Shown here in pieces: positions 8,015 through 16,843 of a DNA stretch of 64,000 nucleotides; position 1 is the stretch's first letter; each line of letters starts with the position of its first letter. Source of the stretch: Capsulimonadaceae bacterium. GTDB taxonomy: Bacteria; Armatimonadota; Armatimonadia; Armatimonadales; Capsulimonadaceae. The notes under the pieces are model-generated. The model made no database searches. It was given only the letters and a program-made list of their open reading frames with translations, and was not told where the DNA came from. The DNA lies in the NCBI GenBank assembly GCA_965215505.1, contig OZ244065.1:6080001-6144000 (forward strand), in the 5' to 3' direction. Made by a program: the position numbers and the translations under genes.

Positions 8015-9739
8015 TTACCCCGAGTAGATGACGCGCAGCGACTCTTCCAGCGTGGTGATGCCGAGCAGGATCTTCTCCATGGCGTCGTCCTTCAGCGTCC
8101 GCATCCCCGCCTCGATGGCCGCCTCGCGGATGGCATAGGAGGAGCCTCGGGCCAGGATCAGCTCGCGCACCTTGTCGTTGACCGGCATCAGCTCGTAGAC
8201 TCCGATGCGGCCCTTGTAGCCCGTCCCCTTGCAGGCGTCGCAGCCCCGTCCCCGGAAAAACGTCACCTCGCTCTTGTCCAGGATGTCCAGGTTCATGCCC
8301 AGCCGCTTGAGGGCGTCCTTGGGCGGCGAGTACGGCTCCTTGCACTTGATGCAGACCGTCCGCAGCAGGCGCTGGGCGAGGACGCCCGCGATGGAGGAGG
8401 CGATCAGGAAGCTCTCCACCCCCATGTCCAGCAGGCGCGCGACCGAGCCGGGGGCGTCGTTGGTGTGCAGAGTGGACAGGACGAGGTGCCCGGTGAGGGC
8501 CGCCTCGATGGCGATCATGGCCGTCTCCTGGTCGCGCATCTCGCCGACCATGATGATGTTCGGGTCCTGGCGCAGCATGGAGCGCAGGCCGGACGCGAAG
8601 GTCATGCCCGCCCGGTTGTTGACCATGGACTGCGTGATGCCGGACAGCTCGTACTCCACCGGGTCCTCGATGGTCAGGATGTTCTTCTCGCCCGAGTTCA
8701 GCTTGGCCAGCACCGAATACAGCGTCGTGGACTTGCCCGAGCCGGTCGGGCCGGTGACGAGGATGATGCCGTAGGTGCGCTGGATCATGGACTCGAACAT
8801 CTCGAACGTGTACGGCAGCAGCCCCAATTTGTGCAGGCCGACCGAGATGTTGGACTTGTCCAAGACGCGCATGACGATCTTCTCGCCGAAGACGGCCGGC
8901 AGGGTCGAGACGCGGAAGTCGTAGGGGCGGCCCTCGATGGTCGCCGAGATGCGCCCGTCCTGGGGGGCGCGCTTCTCGGAGATATCCATGTCCGCCATGA
9001 TCTTGATGCGGGACGTGATGGACGCCTGCGCCTTCTTCGGGAGGGTCATGCCGTCCGAGAGGATTCCGTCCACGCGGTAGCGGATACGCAGGCCGTCCTT
9101 GGCCGGCTCGATGTGGATGTCCGAGGCCTTGTCGGTGATGCCGCGCGAGATGATCATGTTGGCGAGCCGGACGACCGGGGCCTCGCCGGACAGCTCCTTG
9201 AGCTGCTCGATGGTGATTCCGTCCTCGTCGCCGCCCTGGGTCAAGGTGATGGTGGCTTCGTCGAGGTCCCGCATGACGTTGGTCACGGCCTCGGTGACGT
9301 TGACCTCGGTCCGGTAGTTGGCCGAGATGGCGTTGATGATGTCTTCTTCCGTCGCGATGACGGCTTCGACCTCTTTGCCCGTGATCAGCCGTATCTCGTC
9401 AATGGCGAAGATGTCCAGCGGGTTCTTCATCGCCAAAGTCAGCCGCTTGGGACTGCGCTCGATGGGGATGACCTTGAACCGCCGGGCCAGCTCCTGCGTG
9501 ACCGCGCTGGTGACATCGTCGGGAATCTGGATTTCGGTCAGGTCCACATAGGGGACGCCCCACTGCTCGCCGAGGCAGCGGACGCGGTCGCGCTCGGTGA
9601 TCAAGCCCATCGAGACCAGCAGGTCGCCGATCGGCTCCTGCGTCTTGAGCTGCCGCTGCTTCTCGACCGCCTGTGCAAGCTGCTCGTCGGAAACGAGGCC
9701 GCTGCTGACGAACACATCCGCCATCGCTGTTGACTGCAT
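8015..9739 (-). CDS. pilB: Type IV pilus assembly ATPase PilB/GspE
   Basis: ASDIHIEP, RYRVDG, PQDGRI, GPTGSGKSTT, LRQDPNIIMVGEMRD, CxxC...CxxC zinc motif, degenerate MshEN-like N-terminus. Confidence 0.93.
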   Translation of the reverse strand: MQSTAMADVFVSSGLVSDEQLAQAVEKQRQLKTQEPIGDLLVSMGLITERDRVRCLGEQWGVPYVDLTEIQIPDDVTSAVTQELARRFKVIPIERSPKRLTLAMKNPLDIFAIDEIRLITGKEVEAVIATEEDIINAISANYRTEVNVTEAVTNVMRDLDEATITLTQGGDEDGITIEQLKELSGEAPVVRLANMIISRGITDKASDIHIEPAKDGLRIRYRVDGILSDGMTLPKKAQASITSRIKIMADMDISEKRAPQDGRISATIEGRPYDFRVSTLPAVFGEKIVMRVLDKSNISVGLHKLGLLPYTFEMFESMIQRTYGIILVTGPTGSGKSTTLYSVLAKLNSGEKNILTIEDPVEYELSGITQSMVNNRAGMTFASGLRSMLRQDPNIIMVGEMRDQETAMIAIEAALTGHLVLSTLHTNDAPGSVARLLDMGVESFLIASSIAGVLAQRLLRTVCIKCKEPYSPPKDALKRLGMNLDILDKSEVTFFRGRGCDACKGTGYKGRIGVYELMPVNDKVRELILARGSSYAIREAAIEAGMRTLKDDAMEKILLGITTLEESLRVIYSG

Positions 9740-9795
9740 GGGACTTCCTAGTGAGAGTGAAACGTGGAGAGAACGAAAAAAGAGAACAACGAGAA

Positions 9796-9830
9796 CAAAA
9801 AAGAAACGGCAGGGAGAGTTCTCCCTGCCG
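9796..9830 (-). terminator. Rho-independent terminator between pilQ and pilB
   Basis: CGGCAGGGAG (9807-9816) pairs with CTCCCTGCCG (9821-9830); followed by a U-rich tract on the minus strand. Confidence 0.7.
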
Positions 9831-9885
9831 GAATTATCGGTGAATCGCGGTGCATTCTGTAGACGGGCGCGGCCCGTCATGACCT

Positions 9886-11601
9886 CTAGATGGCGTCTTT
9901 TGCGATGGAAACCTTGATGAAGATCACGACCTCGTTGCGGTTGTGCGTGACCTGGGTGTCGCGGAAGAGCTGTCCGAAGAAGGGCAGGTCGCCCAGCAGG
10001 GGGACCTTCTGGATGTTCTTCACGTCCTGCTGGCTGATCAGGCCGCCGATGGCGATCGTCTCGCCGTCTTTGACCCGCAGCGTGGTCGTGGCCTCGCGCG
10101 ACGAGATGTTCGGGAGCTGCGCCCCGCCGATCCCCGCCTGGAACGTGACCGAGGACACCTCCGGGTGGACGTTCAGGGTGACATAGCCGTCGTTGTTGAC
10201 CTTGCCGGTGACGAACAGCTTGATGCCCGCGCTCACCGTCGCCGTCGTCACGTTCTGCCCCGTCGGCGAGCTGGTGATCGAGGAGACGTAGGTGATGTTG
10301 TCGCCGATGAAGACGGCGGCCGGCTGCCCGTCCACGGCGGAGATGTTCGGGTTGGACAGCAGCTTGACGTCGCCGTTCTGCTGGAGCGCGTCGAGTTTGA
10401 CGTCCACCAAGTCGCCCAGGGCGGTGCGCGAGAACGTGCCGAACTTGAATGGCCGGCCGGGGAAGCCGCTGTCGCCCAGCTTGGGCGGGCCGTTGCTGAT
10501 GTTGTCACCGCCCGCCCCGGACTCGCCGATGCGCGTCTGCGCCCCGGCGAAGCTGTAGGCAAGCCCCAGGTTCTTCTGGGCGTTCAGGTTGACTTCGGTG
10601 ATCTTTGCCTCGAAGTTGATCTGGGCGGGCCGGACGTCCACAGTGGTCAGGACCTGCCGGGCGCGCGTCAGGTCCGCGTCTGAGCCGGTCAGCAGAAGCG
10701 AGGAAGTCGTCGGCTTGGTCGGCAGGTTGGCCGTGACCGCCGTGGTCGTGCCGCCCGCCGCCGCGCCGTAGGAGGTCGTCGTCGCCGTGGTCCCGCCCGC
10801 GTCCGCCGTCGCTGGGGCCACCGGCGCGGTCCGCTGGGTCGGACCCGGCGTGATGATGACGCCGGGCACCAGGCGGCTCAGGACCGCTTGCAGGTCGTCC
10901 GCAGACACATACCTGATGTTATAGACCTCGGTATGCGAGGTGCCGATGTTGCGCGAGATCATCGCCTCTGAGTCGGCGACCAGACGGCGGACGCCCTCGA
11001 TGTCGTCCCCCGTGCCGGTGAGGACGAGTACGCCGCCGCCGGCCTGGCCGCCCGCCGCCTTGCCGGTGGAGGCCTTGACGTTCGGGTAGAGCTGCTTGAT
11101 CTCGGTCGTCAGGTCGGTGGGGTCCGAGTAGCTGAACGAGAGGACCGTCGTGACGGAGGGTGCCTGCGCCGTGCCCGACGCGGTCAGGGTGGCGACGGCG
11201 GCGGGCGTCCCGACCAGGTAGGTCCGGCCGATCTTGGCGTACTGGAAGCCGGACAGCTTGGTGATCAGGTCCAGGGCCTCCTCCAGCGAGACGTGCGCCA
11301 GGGAGACCGTGATCGGCCCCTTGACGTCCGTGCCCGAGACGATGTTGGTGTGGGTCTGCATCGCCAGGGCCTTGAGGACGTCGTTGATGTCCGCGCCGAC
11401 AAAGTCCAGCGTAACGTCGTCGGCCCCGGCGGCCGCCCGGACCGTCTGCGCGGCAGGGGCGTGGGCGACCGGGCGCGGGGCGGCCTGTGCCGCCGGGGCG
11501 GTCAGCAGGCCGGACGCCAGGGCCAGCGCGGCGGCGTTCGAGGCCAATGTCTTCGTGCGCGCCCTCAGTGTGGGGGCGTGCGCCATGGGTTCGGTCGGCA
11601 T
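9886..11601 (-). CDS. pilQ: Secretin (PilQ/GspD family)
   Basis: Signal peptide; N0 domain VTLDFVGADINDVL; QINFEAKITEV; LSNPNI; ATTTLRVKDGETIAIGGLI; KVPLLGDLPFFGQLFR. Confidence 0.9.
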   Translation of the reverse strand: MPTEPMAHAPTLRARTKTLASNAAALALASGLLTAPAAQAAPRPVAHAPAAQTVRAAAGADDVTLDFVGADINDVLKALAMQTHTNIVSGTDVKGPITVSLAHVSLEEALDLITKLSGFQYAKIGRTYLVGTPAAVATLTASGTAQAPSVTTVLSFSYSDPTDLTTEIKQLYPNVKASTGKAAGGQAGGGVLVLTGTGDDIEGVRRLVADSEAMISRNIGTSHTEVYNIRYVSADDLQAVLSRLVPGVIITPGPTQRTAPVAPATADAGGTTATTTSYGAAAGGTTTAVTANLPTKPTTSSLLLTGSDADLTRARQVLTTVDVRPAQINFEAKITEVNLNAQKNLGLAYSFAGAQTRIGESGAGGDNISNGPPKLGDSGFPGRPFKFGTFSRTALGDLVDVKLDALQQNGDVKLLSNPNISAVDGQPAAVFIGDNITYVSSITSSPTGQNVTTATVSAGIKLFVTGKVNNDGYVTLNVHPEVSSVTFQAGIGGAQLPNISSREATTTLRVKDGETIAIGGLISQQDVKNIQKVPLLGDLPFFGQLFRDTQVTHNRNEVVIFIKVSIAKDAI

Positions 11602-11659
11602 TGCATTCTCCTATGCGGCCCCCCGGAGGGAAGCGCGAGCGGTCTTCCGTGAAAGGTGA

Positions 11660-12820
11660 TCAAATAAAGCGATCCGGCAGCGTCCCGGCCGTGGTCAGGT
11701 CTGTAGTCAGGTCTGTAGTCAGGTCCGAGGCCGTCACGCATCGCCACTGCGCGCCGCTCGCGGCGGCCTGCCCGTCCCCATAAACGTCCCGGCTGAGGTC
11801 CAGGGGGTCCTGTCCCACAGGAACCAGGGCGGTTTCCGTAAGGGGCGCGGTTGGCGCGGCGAACCAGGCATCCATCCGGCCCTCGGCGGGCGTCAGGTAG
11901 GAGCGGGCCATCAGCAGCGCGCCCTGGACCATCCGGGTCAGCCCCGTCGCCAGGCCCGCCGGGGTGTCGGCAAAAGCCGAAGCGTCCTTCTCGGGCGCGT
12001 CGGCCGGCGTGGGAGTCGGAACGAGGGCAGGCAGAGCGGCAGGAACGGAGGGCGCGGGCCGGGCGGGTGCCGCGGCCGGGGCGGCCTTAGCCGCCCCCAG
12101 CGTCAGACGGTAGAGTGTGACCCCATGCCGCAGGACCACCGCCCCGCGCGTCACCGTCACGACCCGATAGAGGCCGTCCACGCTGTCCCCGGTGCGGACG
12201 ATGCGCCGGGCATCGCCGTCACGGAGGACGGCGATCTGGCCCGCCGCGCTTTGCAGCACGCCGGTCACGGTCCAGGCCGGCGCGGCGGGCGCGTCCGGGG
12301 CCGGCTTCTTGGGGGCGGTGGACGGTCCGGGCATGACACCGGGTGCGGGGAAGCCTTTCAGGCCGAACGGCAGTGTGGACGTGCCGACCGATGCCGGGGC
12401 GACCTCATGGATGCTCGCCAGCTGCGGCACGGCGGCGTTGGCCGGAACGGTGGCCGAAGCCGGTTTGGATGCCGGCGCGGCGGGCGCGGCCGGGGCGGGG
12501 GCCGTCGCCGGGTCCACATAGCCGACCACGAACGGGTCGCGCATCCCCGGCGTCGGGGCGGGCGCGTCCGGCGCATCCCCGGCGGGTGCGGCTTCCGGGC
12601 CGGCCCCCGCCCTGCCGCCCGCCGGTGCTGCGCTCCCAGGCAGTCTGGAAGCGGGCGACGCCGCCGGGGCTTGCGCGACCTCGCCCGCCGGGCGCGGCCG
12701 GGTCCCGGCGGCGGCCGGGGAGGGCGTGACGATCTTCATGACGAAGTAGCCGAAGACGCCTGCTGAAAGGACGCACAGGGCGGCAAACTGCGGGATCTGT
12801 TTCTTGTCTAGCTTGTTCAT
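11660..12820 (-). CDS. Pro/Ala-rich membrane-anchored PilP-like protein
   Basis: Sits between pilO and the secretin. N-terminal TM, RDPF motif, and a VTGVL...IAVL...IVRTGD beta domain typical of PilP/GspC-like proteins. Confidence 0.65.
   Translation of the reverse strand: MNKLDKKQIPQFAALCVLSAGVFGYFVMKIVTPSPAAAGTRPRPAGEVAQAPAASPASRLPGSAAPAGGRAGAGPEAAPAGDAPDAPAPTPGMRDPFVVGYVDPATAPAPAAPAAPASKPASATVPANAAVPQLASIHEVAPASVGTSTLPFGLKGFPAPGVMPGPSTAPKKPAPDAPAAPAWTVTGVLQSAAGQIAVLRDGDARRIVRTGDSVDGLYRVVTVTRGAVVLRHGVTLYRLTLGAAKAAPAAAPARPAPSVPAALPALVPTPTPADAPEKDASAFADTPAGLATGLTRMVQGALLMARSYLTPAEGRMDAWFAAPTAPLTETALVPVGQDPLDLSRDVYGDGQAAASGAQWRCVTASDLTTDLTTDLTTAGTLPDRFI
11691..11726. repeat. 3 x 12-bp in-frame tandem repeat encoding DLTT
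   Basis: GTGGTCAGGTCT GTAGTCAGGTCT GTAGTCAGGTCC. Confidence 0.8.
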
Positions 12821-12835
12821 AGTGGTTTCCCCGGT

Positions 12836-13708
12836 TTAGAGCGTGCCTACCCCGACGGCCCCGCGTGCGTTCACGGCCCTCGTCGCCCCGACCGCGCCCG
12901 CCGCCGCCCGGCCCACCGCCCCGGTGACCGTGCCCGCCGCGATGGGCGGGGCCGGGGACGCGGGGACGGTGGCGGACTGGAGTGCAGCCGACGCCGCGCC
13001 GGGCGCGGCATCGTCCGCGTGGAACATGAAGGCGACCAGTTTGAGGTTCGTCGCCACCGTCGGCGCGGCCTTCGGGTTGGCCTTGTCCGTTGAGGTGTTC
13101 GGGTGCATCTGCACCGCCGTCACCGAGATGATCTTCGGGAAGCGGGTCAGGCTGTAAAGGAAAGCGGCAGTGTCGGCGTAGGTGCCGGTCGTGTCCACGT
13201 CAATGCTGAGCGTGTCGTAAGGCGGCGGCGGCGGCGCTTTCGGGGCGGCCCCGGACGCCGCCGCGTCGCCTCCGGTCGTCGGATGGACCGGGACGGGTGC
13301 GGCCGGCGGGACCGGCGCGGCGGGCCGGACGGCGAGGACGTTCAGGTGCGTCGTCGCCGCCAGCGCCTGGAGCTGGCCGAGCAGGGTCGGCACATAGGAC
13401 TTGGGCGGGACGGAGGCTTCCAGGCACTGGATGCGGTCCTGCGTCTCGGTGTAGGCGGTCTGCGTGACGAGATACCGCTTGGCGATTCCCTCGCTGCCGT
13501 CCACCTGGGTCTGCTTCTGCCGTGCGGCCGCCTGGAGGGCGGCGAGGTGAGAGTTCAGCCCCAGGAGCGCGCCGCCGCCGCCGAGCAGGACCAGGCCCGC
13601 CCCGCCCATCAGCGCCACCATCATCCGCTTGGTCGCCGGGACGGCCTTGTGGCCCACGAGTCCGGGGGTCTGTGCGCCGGGACTTTGTGCGTTAAGACTT
13701 TGTGCCAT
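12836..13708 (-). CDS. pilO: PilO-like protein
   Basis: TM plus coiled coil; VPTLLGQLQALA...YDTLSIDVDTTGTYADTAAFLYSLTRFPKII; follows pilN. Confidence 0.8.
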   Translation of the reverse strand: MAQSLNAQSPGAQTPGLVGHKAVPATKRMMVALMGGAGLVLLGGGGALLGLNSHLAALQAAARQKQTQVDGSEGIAKRYLVTQTAYTETQDRIQCLEASVPPKSYVPTLLGQLQALAATTHLNVLAVRPAAPVPPAAPVPVHPTTGGDAAASGAAPKAPPPPPYDTLSIDVDTTGTYADTAAFLYSLTRFPKIISVTAVQMHPNTSTDKANPKAAPTVATNLKLVAFMFHADDAAPGAASAALQSATVPASPAPPIAAGTVTGAVGRAAAGAVGATRAVNARGAVGVGTL

Positions 13709-14372
13709 TGACGGCTCCTTTCGCGTCGGCCGTCTTGGTGCCGCCTGGGGCGGCCGGCTTCAGGGTGCCTGCGGCCGGGCCGGCTTCCGGCTTGAGGTGG
13801 ACGGTCATCTGGAAGGCGACGGCTTGGGCCGCGCCCAGCTTCTGCTGCTGCACGAAGCCGAGGTCCACATGATCCAGGGTGGGGGACTGGTTCATCCGCA
13901 GCATCGTCTCGCCGACGACGGCCTGGCTCATGGCGACGCCCGTCAGGTTCAGGGTCGGGTCGTCGCCGCCCGCCGCGCCCGGCGCGGCCCCGGCCGGTGC
14001 CGCAGCCGCCGCGCCCGTCCCCAGCGCGGTCAGCCAGGTCTTGGGCGGCAGGCTCGTGGTGACCGCATAAAAGTTTTTGTACCAGAAGAGCGTGTCGGCC
14101 TTGGCCCCGTCCAGCGTCTGGACCTTGGGCATCAGGGCGGCCGTCTCGTTCTGGAGCTGCTGGATCTTGGTGACGCTCGGCTGCAAGGCCGTGACGCGCT
14201 CCGACAGCCGGGCGACCTCGTGCTGAGTCACCAGGATGCGGGCCGTCAGGACGAAGGCGGCCAGGACGATCAGGCCGATCTCACCGACGATCGCGGAGAG
14301 GAGCTTGCGGATATTCTGTTCCTGCTTCCGCTTTTCTTCGCGGCGCACGGCGATCATGTTGATTGAAGGCAT
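13692..14372 (-). CDS. pilN: PilN
   Basis: MPSINMI (INLL-like) start, TM, coiled coil, LPPKTWLT...LNLTGVA. GGAG SD before ATG at 14372. Confidence 0.85.
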   Translation of the reverse strand: MPSINMIAVRREEKRKQEQNIRKLLSAIVGEIGLIVLAAFVLTARILVTQHEVARLSERVTALQPSVTKIQQLQNETAALMPKVQTLDGAKADTLFWYKNFYAVTTSLPPKTWLTALGTGAAAAAPAGAAPGAAGGDDPTLNLTGVAMSQAVVGETMLRMNQSPTLDHVDLGFVQQQKLGAAQAVAFQMTVHLKPEAGPAAGTLKPAAPGGTKTADAKGAVNGTKS

Positions 14373-14434
14373 GGGAGTTTCTTTCGCGTGTCGGGGCGGG
14401 GTTCCTCCGCCCGCTCTTATTCTGGGCCGCCCCT

Positions 14435-15649
14435 CTAGGCCGCCTTCGCCAGCGGGCTGCGGAACCGGGGGGCCGCCGCCTTCCCGGCGCGGCGCGCGGG
14501 GGAGGGCGTCAGCTCCTTGAGGGCCAGCCCGATCCCGGTGACCAGCATGGGGTGGTTCTCCTCGATGAAGCCGGGTGCCAGCCGGGAGGCGTCGAGGGCC
14601 GGGCCGGCGAGGGGGTTCCAGATCTCCACCGGGATGCCCAGGCGGGCCGCCATGTAGGCCTCCAGGCCCTTCATCTTCGCGCTGCCGCCCGTGATGATGA
14701 TCCGCGAGACGGGGCCGCTGTTCTCCGAGGTCGTCCCCGCCGGCAGGATCGAGTTGGCCGGGTCGGCGAGCTGTGACTGGTAGTAGTTCGTGGAGCGGCG
14801 CACCTCGCGCAGCAGCTCGTCCAGCGCGGGCTGCATCGCCCGCGCCAGGGCCGTGGTCTCCGGGTCGGCGTCGTCCTGGAGCAGGGCGGTCATTTCCACC
14901 CGCGTCTTCATCTCTTCCAGCAGGTTCCAGCCCTCGCCCGGCGCGAGCGCCTTCAGGGCCTGCGTGAAGCTGTCGCCGGCGATGGGGATGTTGCGTGTCA
15001 GCGCGAACAGCCCGTTCGTGACGATATTCACGTCGGTGGTGGTCGCGCCGATGTCCAGCAGGGCCAGGGTCGTCCCCTCGCCGGGCCGCGTCGGCGACAG
15101 GTCCACCAGGGCGCGCTGCAAGGCGAACGCCTCGATGTCCACGCCGACCGGCTCCAGGCCCGCCAGTGTCAGCGCGGCCAGCCGCGACTCCACCATGTCG
15201 TTGGGCGCGGCGACCAGCATGACGCTCATCTTGTCGGCCTCGCCCGGCACGTCCCCGGTGATCTCGAACTCGATCATGCTGTCTTCCACGTTCGAGGAGA
15301 TGTGCTTGGCGGCCTCGAAGCGCACCGACCGGCGCAGGACGCCCTCGGCCATCCGGGGCAGCTTGACGTGGCGGACGATCACGCTGGGTCCGCTGATGGC
15401 GGCCACGGCGGCGTTCGCCTCGATGCCCGCGCCCTGCATCAGCGCCTTCAAAGCCTGGGCGAGTGCGCCCTGGTCCAGAACGATCCCGTCTCGGACGGCG
15501 TCGCCGGGCGTCGGGCCGATGGCGGCCTTGACGATCTGCCACGCGCCCGGCGTCCGGCCCGCCTCGGCCTGCACCAGTTTGATGAAGCGGCTGCCGATGT
15601 CCACGCCGACGAGCTTTTCTTTGCCGAATATCTGCGAAAGTCCGAGCAT
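14435..15649 (-). CDS. pilM: PilM (actin/FtsA-like)
   Basis: VGVDIGSRFIKLV, VDIEAFAL, LLDIGATTT, EVRRSTNYY, ITGGSA, GLALK. Confidence 0.92.
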   Translation of the reverse strand: MLGLSQIFGKEKLVGVDIGSRFIKLVQAEAGRTPGAWQIVKAAIGPTPGDAVRDGIVLDQGALAQALKALMQGAGIEANAAVAAISGPSVIVRHVKLPRMAEGVLRRSVRFEAAKHISSNVEDSMIEFEITGDVPGEADKMSVMLVAAPNDMVESRLAALTLAGLEPVGVDIEAFALQRALVDLSPTRPGEGTTLALLDIGATTTDVNIVTNGLFALTRNIPIAGDSFTQALKALAPGEGWNLLEEMKTRVEMTALLQDDADPETTALARAMQPALDELLREVRRSTNYYQSQLADPANSILPAGTTSENSGPVSRIIITGGSAKMKGLEAYMAARLGIPVEIWNPLAGPALDASRLAPGFIEENHPMLVTGIGLALKELTPSPARRAGKAAAPRFRSPLAKAA

Positions 15650-15842
15650 CTGGAACACTCCCCCGTAACGCCGTCTGAAGGCAGCGCCTTCCGTAACCAT
15701 CTGTCCCTGATTATTGGTGGCGGCGCGTGGAAACTAGAGGGGTGTCTGCGGGGCGAATGGGTTTCTCGTGCAGGAACCGTGCCGAACGGCCTGTGGGAAC
15801 TGCGGGGTTCACGAAAAAACCGCAATCCTGCTTGCTTCCTGC

Positions 15843-15871
15843 TTGCTTGTGGGCCGGGGGCATGATATAAT
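15843..15871 (+). promoter_or_regulatory. Sigma70-type promoter with extended -10; probably gives a leaderless mRNA
   Basis: TTGCTT-17 nt-TATAAT with TG two bases upstream of the -10. ATG is 6 nt downstream and has no SD. Confidence 0.65.
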
Positions 15872-15877
15872 AGAGAC

Positions 15878-16429
15878 ATGAGTATCCCCCCAGGACCGCC
15901 CCCCGGCGGCTATTACAGCGCCCCGCCGCGCAAAAGCGGCGTCAACGGCTGGGCGATCGCCGGCTTCGGCTGCCTGGGCCTGTTCCTGCTGGCCGCCATC
16001 GGCGGCGTCCTGCTGGTCCGAGCTACCAAGGACCAGCTCTCGCACCCGTCCAAGAACAGCGTCATCGGCATCGGCGTCCTGGCCGCCAAGGCGGCGCAGG
16101 ACGGTAAAAGCTTGCAGCAGGCCGTCGTCGCCTACCACCAGGCGAAGGGGAAGTACCCCAAGACGCTGATGCAGCTCGTCCAGGAGGGTGCCATCGACGG
16201 CAAGACGCTGCACAACGACCTGGACGACGACCCCAATCCGGGCCACGTCTCCTGGACCTACACCAAGCCCGCCGAGGGTGCGCCGGGCGAGACGCCGATC
16301 CTGACGGAGCCGTACCGGATCACGATGGGCGGCAGCACGCAGTCGAGCAGCATCGGCTTCACGCTGGACGGGCGGAGCGTGACCGCCAACACCAGCGGCG
16401 CACCGCCGCCCCAGGGCAAGACCCCCTAG
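15878..16429 (+). CDS. Membrane protein with a pseudopilin (GspG)-like segment
   Basis: Pro-rich N-terminus, TM with GCLG, then LQQAVVAYHQAKGKYPKTLMQLV. No class III signal peptide. Confidence 0.6.
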   Translation: MSIPPGPPPGGYYSAPPRKSGVNGWAIAGFGCLGLFLLAAIGGVLLVRATKDQLSHPSKNSVIGIGVLAAKAAQDGKSLQQAVVAYHQAKGKYPKTLMQLVQEGAIDGKTLHNDLDDDPNPGHVSWTYTKPAEGAPGETPILTEPYRITMGGSTQSSSIGFTLDGRSVTANTSGAPPPQGKTP

Positions 16430-16592
16430 CCGGCGGCGGGCTGAGGAGGCCGTGGGCGTCCGCGTCCCGGCCCCGCGCCGTCCTGCCGTGCTGCGCCAGC
16501 AGTCGGTCCGTCATCCCCTGGAGCGCGGTGATCGCGCGCCAGAGGTGGTCCGCCGCCTCTTCCTGGAGCGGCTGCTCGTCCTGTGGGTTCAT
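16359..16592 (-). CDS. Possible small hypothetical protein
   Basis: AAGGA SD before ATG at 16592 and a helical N-terminal half. The 3' end overlaps the convergent gene, so doubtful. Confidence 0.3.
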   Translation of the reverse strand: MNPQDEQPLQEEAADHLWRAITALQGMTDRLLAQHGRTARGRDADAHGLLSPPPARGSCPGAAVRRWCWRSRSARPA

Positions 16593-16843
16593 GGGTGGTC
16601 CTTGCTGCGTGACGGGACGACGTCGTCCTGGTCCTGCCCTGACCGTCACGCGCCGTCGGTACGGGTTTTTCGTCTCTACGACGCGGTTGATCGTCGGCAG
16701 GTTCCTTCCCGGTTCGCACGGAAATCTCACGAAGATTTCAGATTTTTGTGTGTTTGCCTGCTACCCCCCCCTATTTTTTCTGGGTATAGTAAGAACAAGA
16801 TAAGTCTATGTAGCCGGGTGCTACAGGAAAGACGAGGCTTACG

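Noticed and set aside
5339-9733. Long plus-strand ORFs 5339-7210, 7120-8031 and 7766-9733
   Set aside because: They are antisense shadows of pilT, the HDOD gene and pilB, which is common at high GC. The same applies to 26414-28234, 41600-43939, 44637-46016, 46421-49558, 51324-53024, 55793-57493 and 62427-63800.
13692-15542. 616-aa ORF suggesting an extended or fused PilN
   Set aside because: The upstream part is an Arg-rich alternative frame of pilM. PilN begins at 14372 with an SD.
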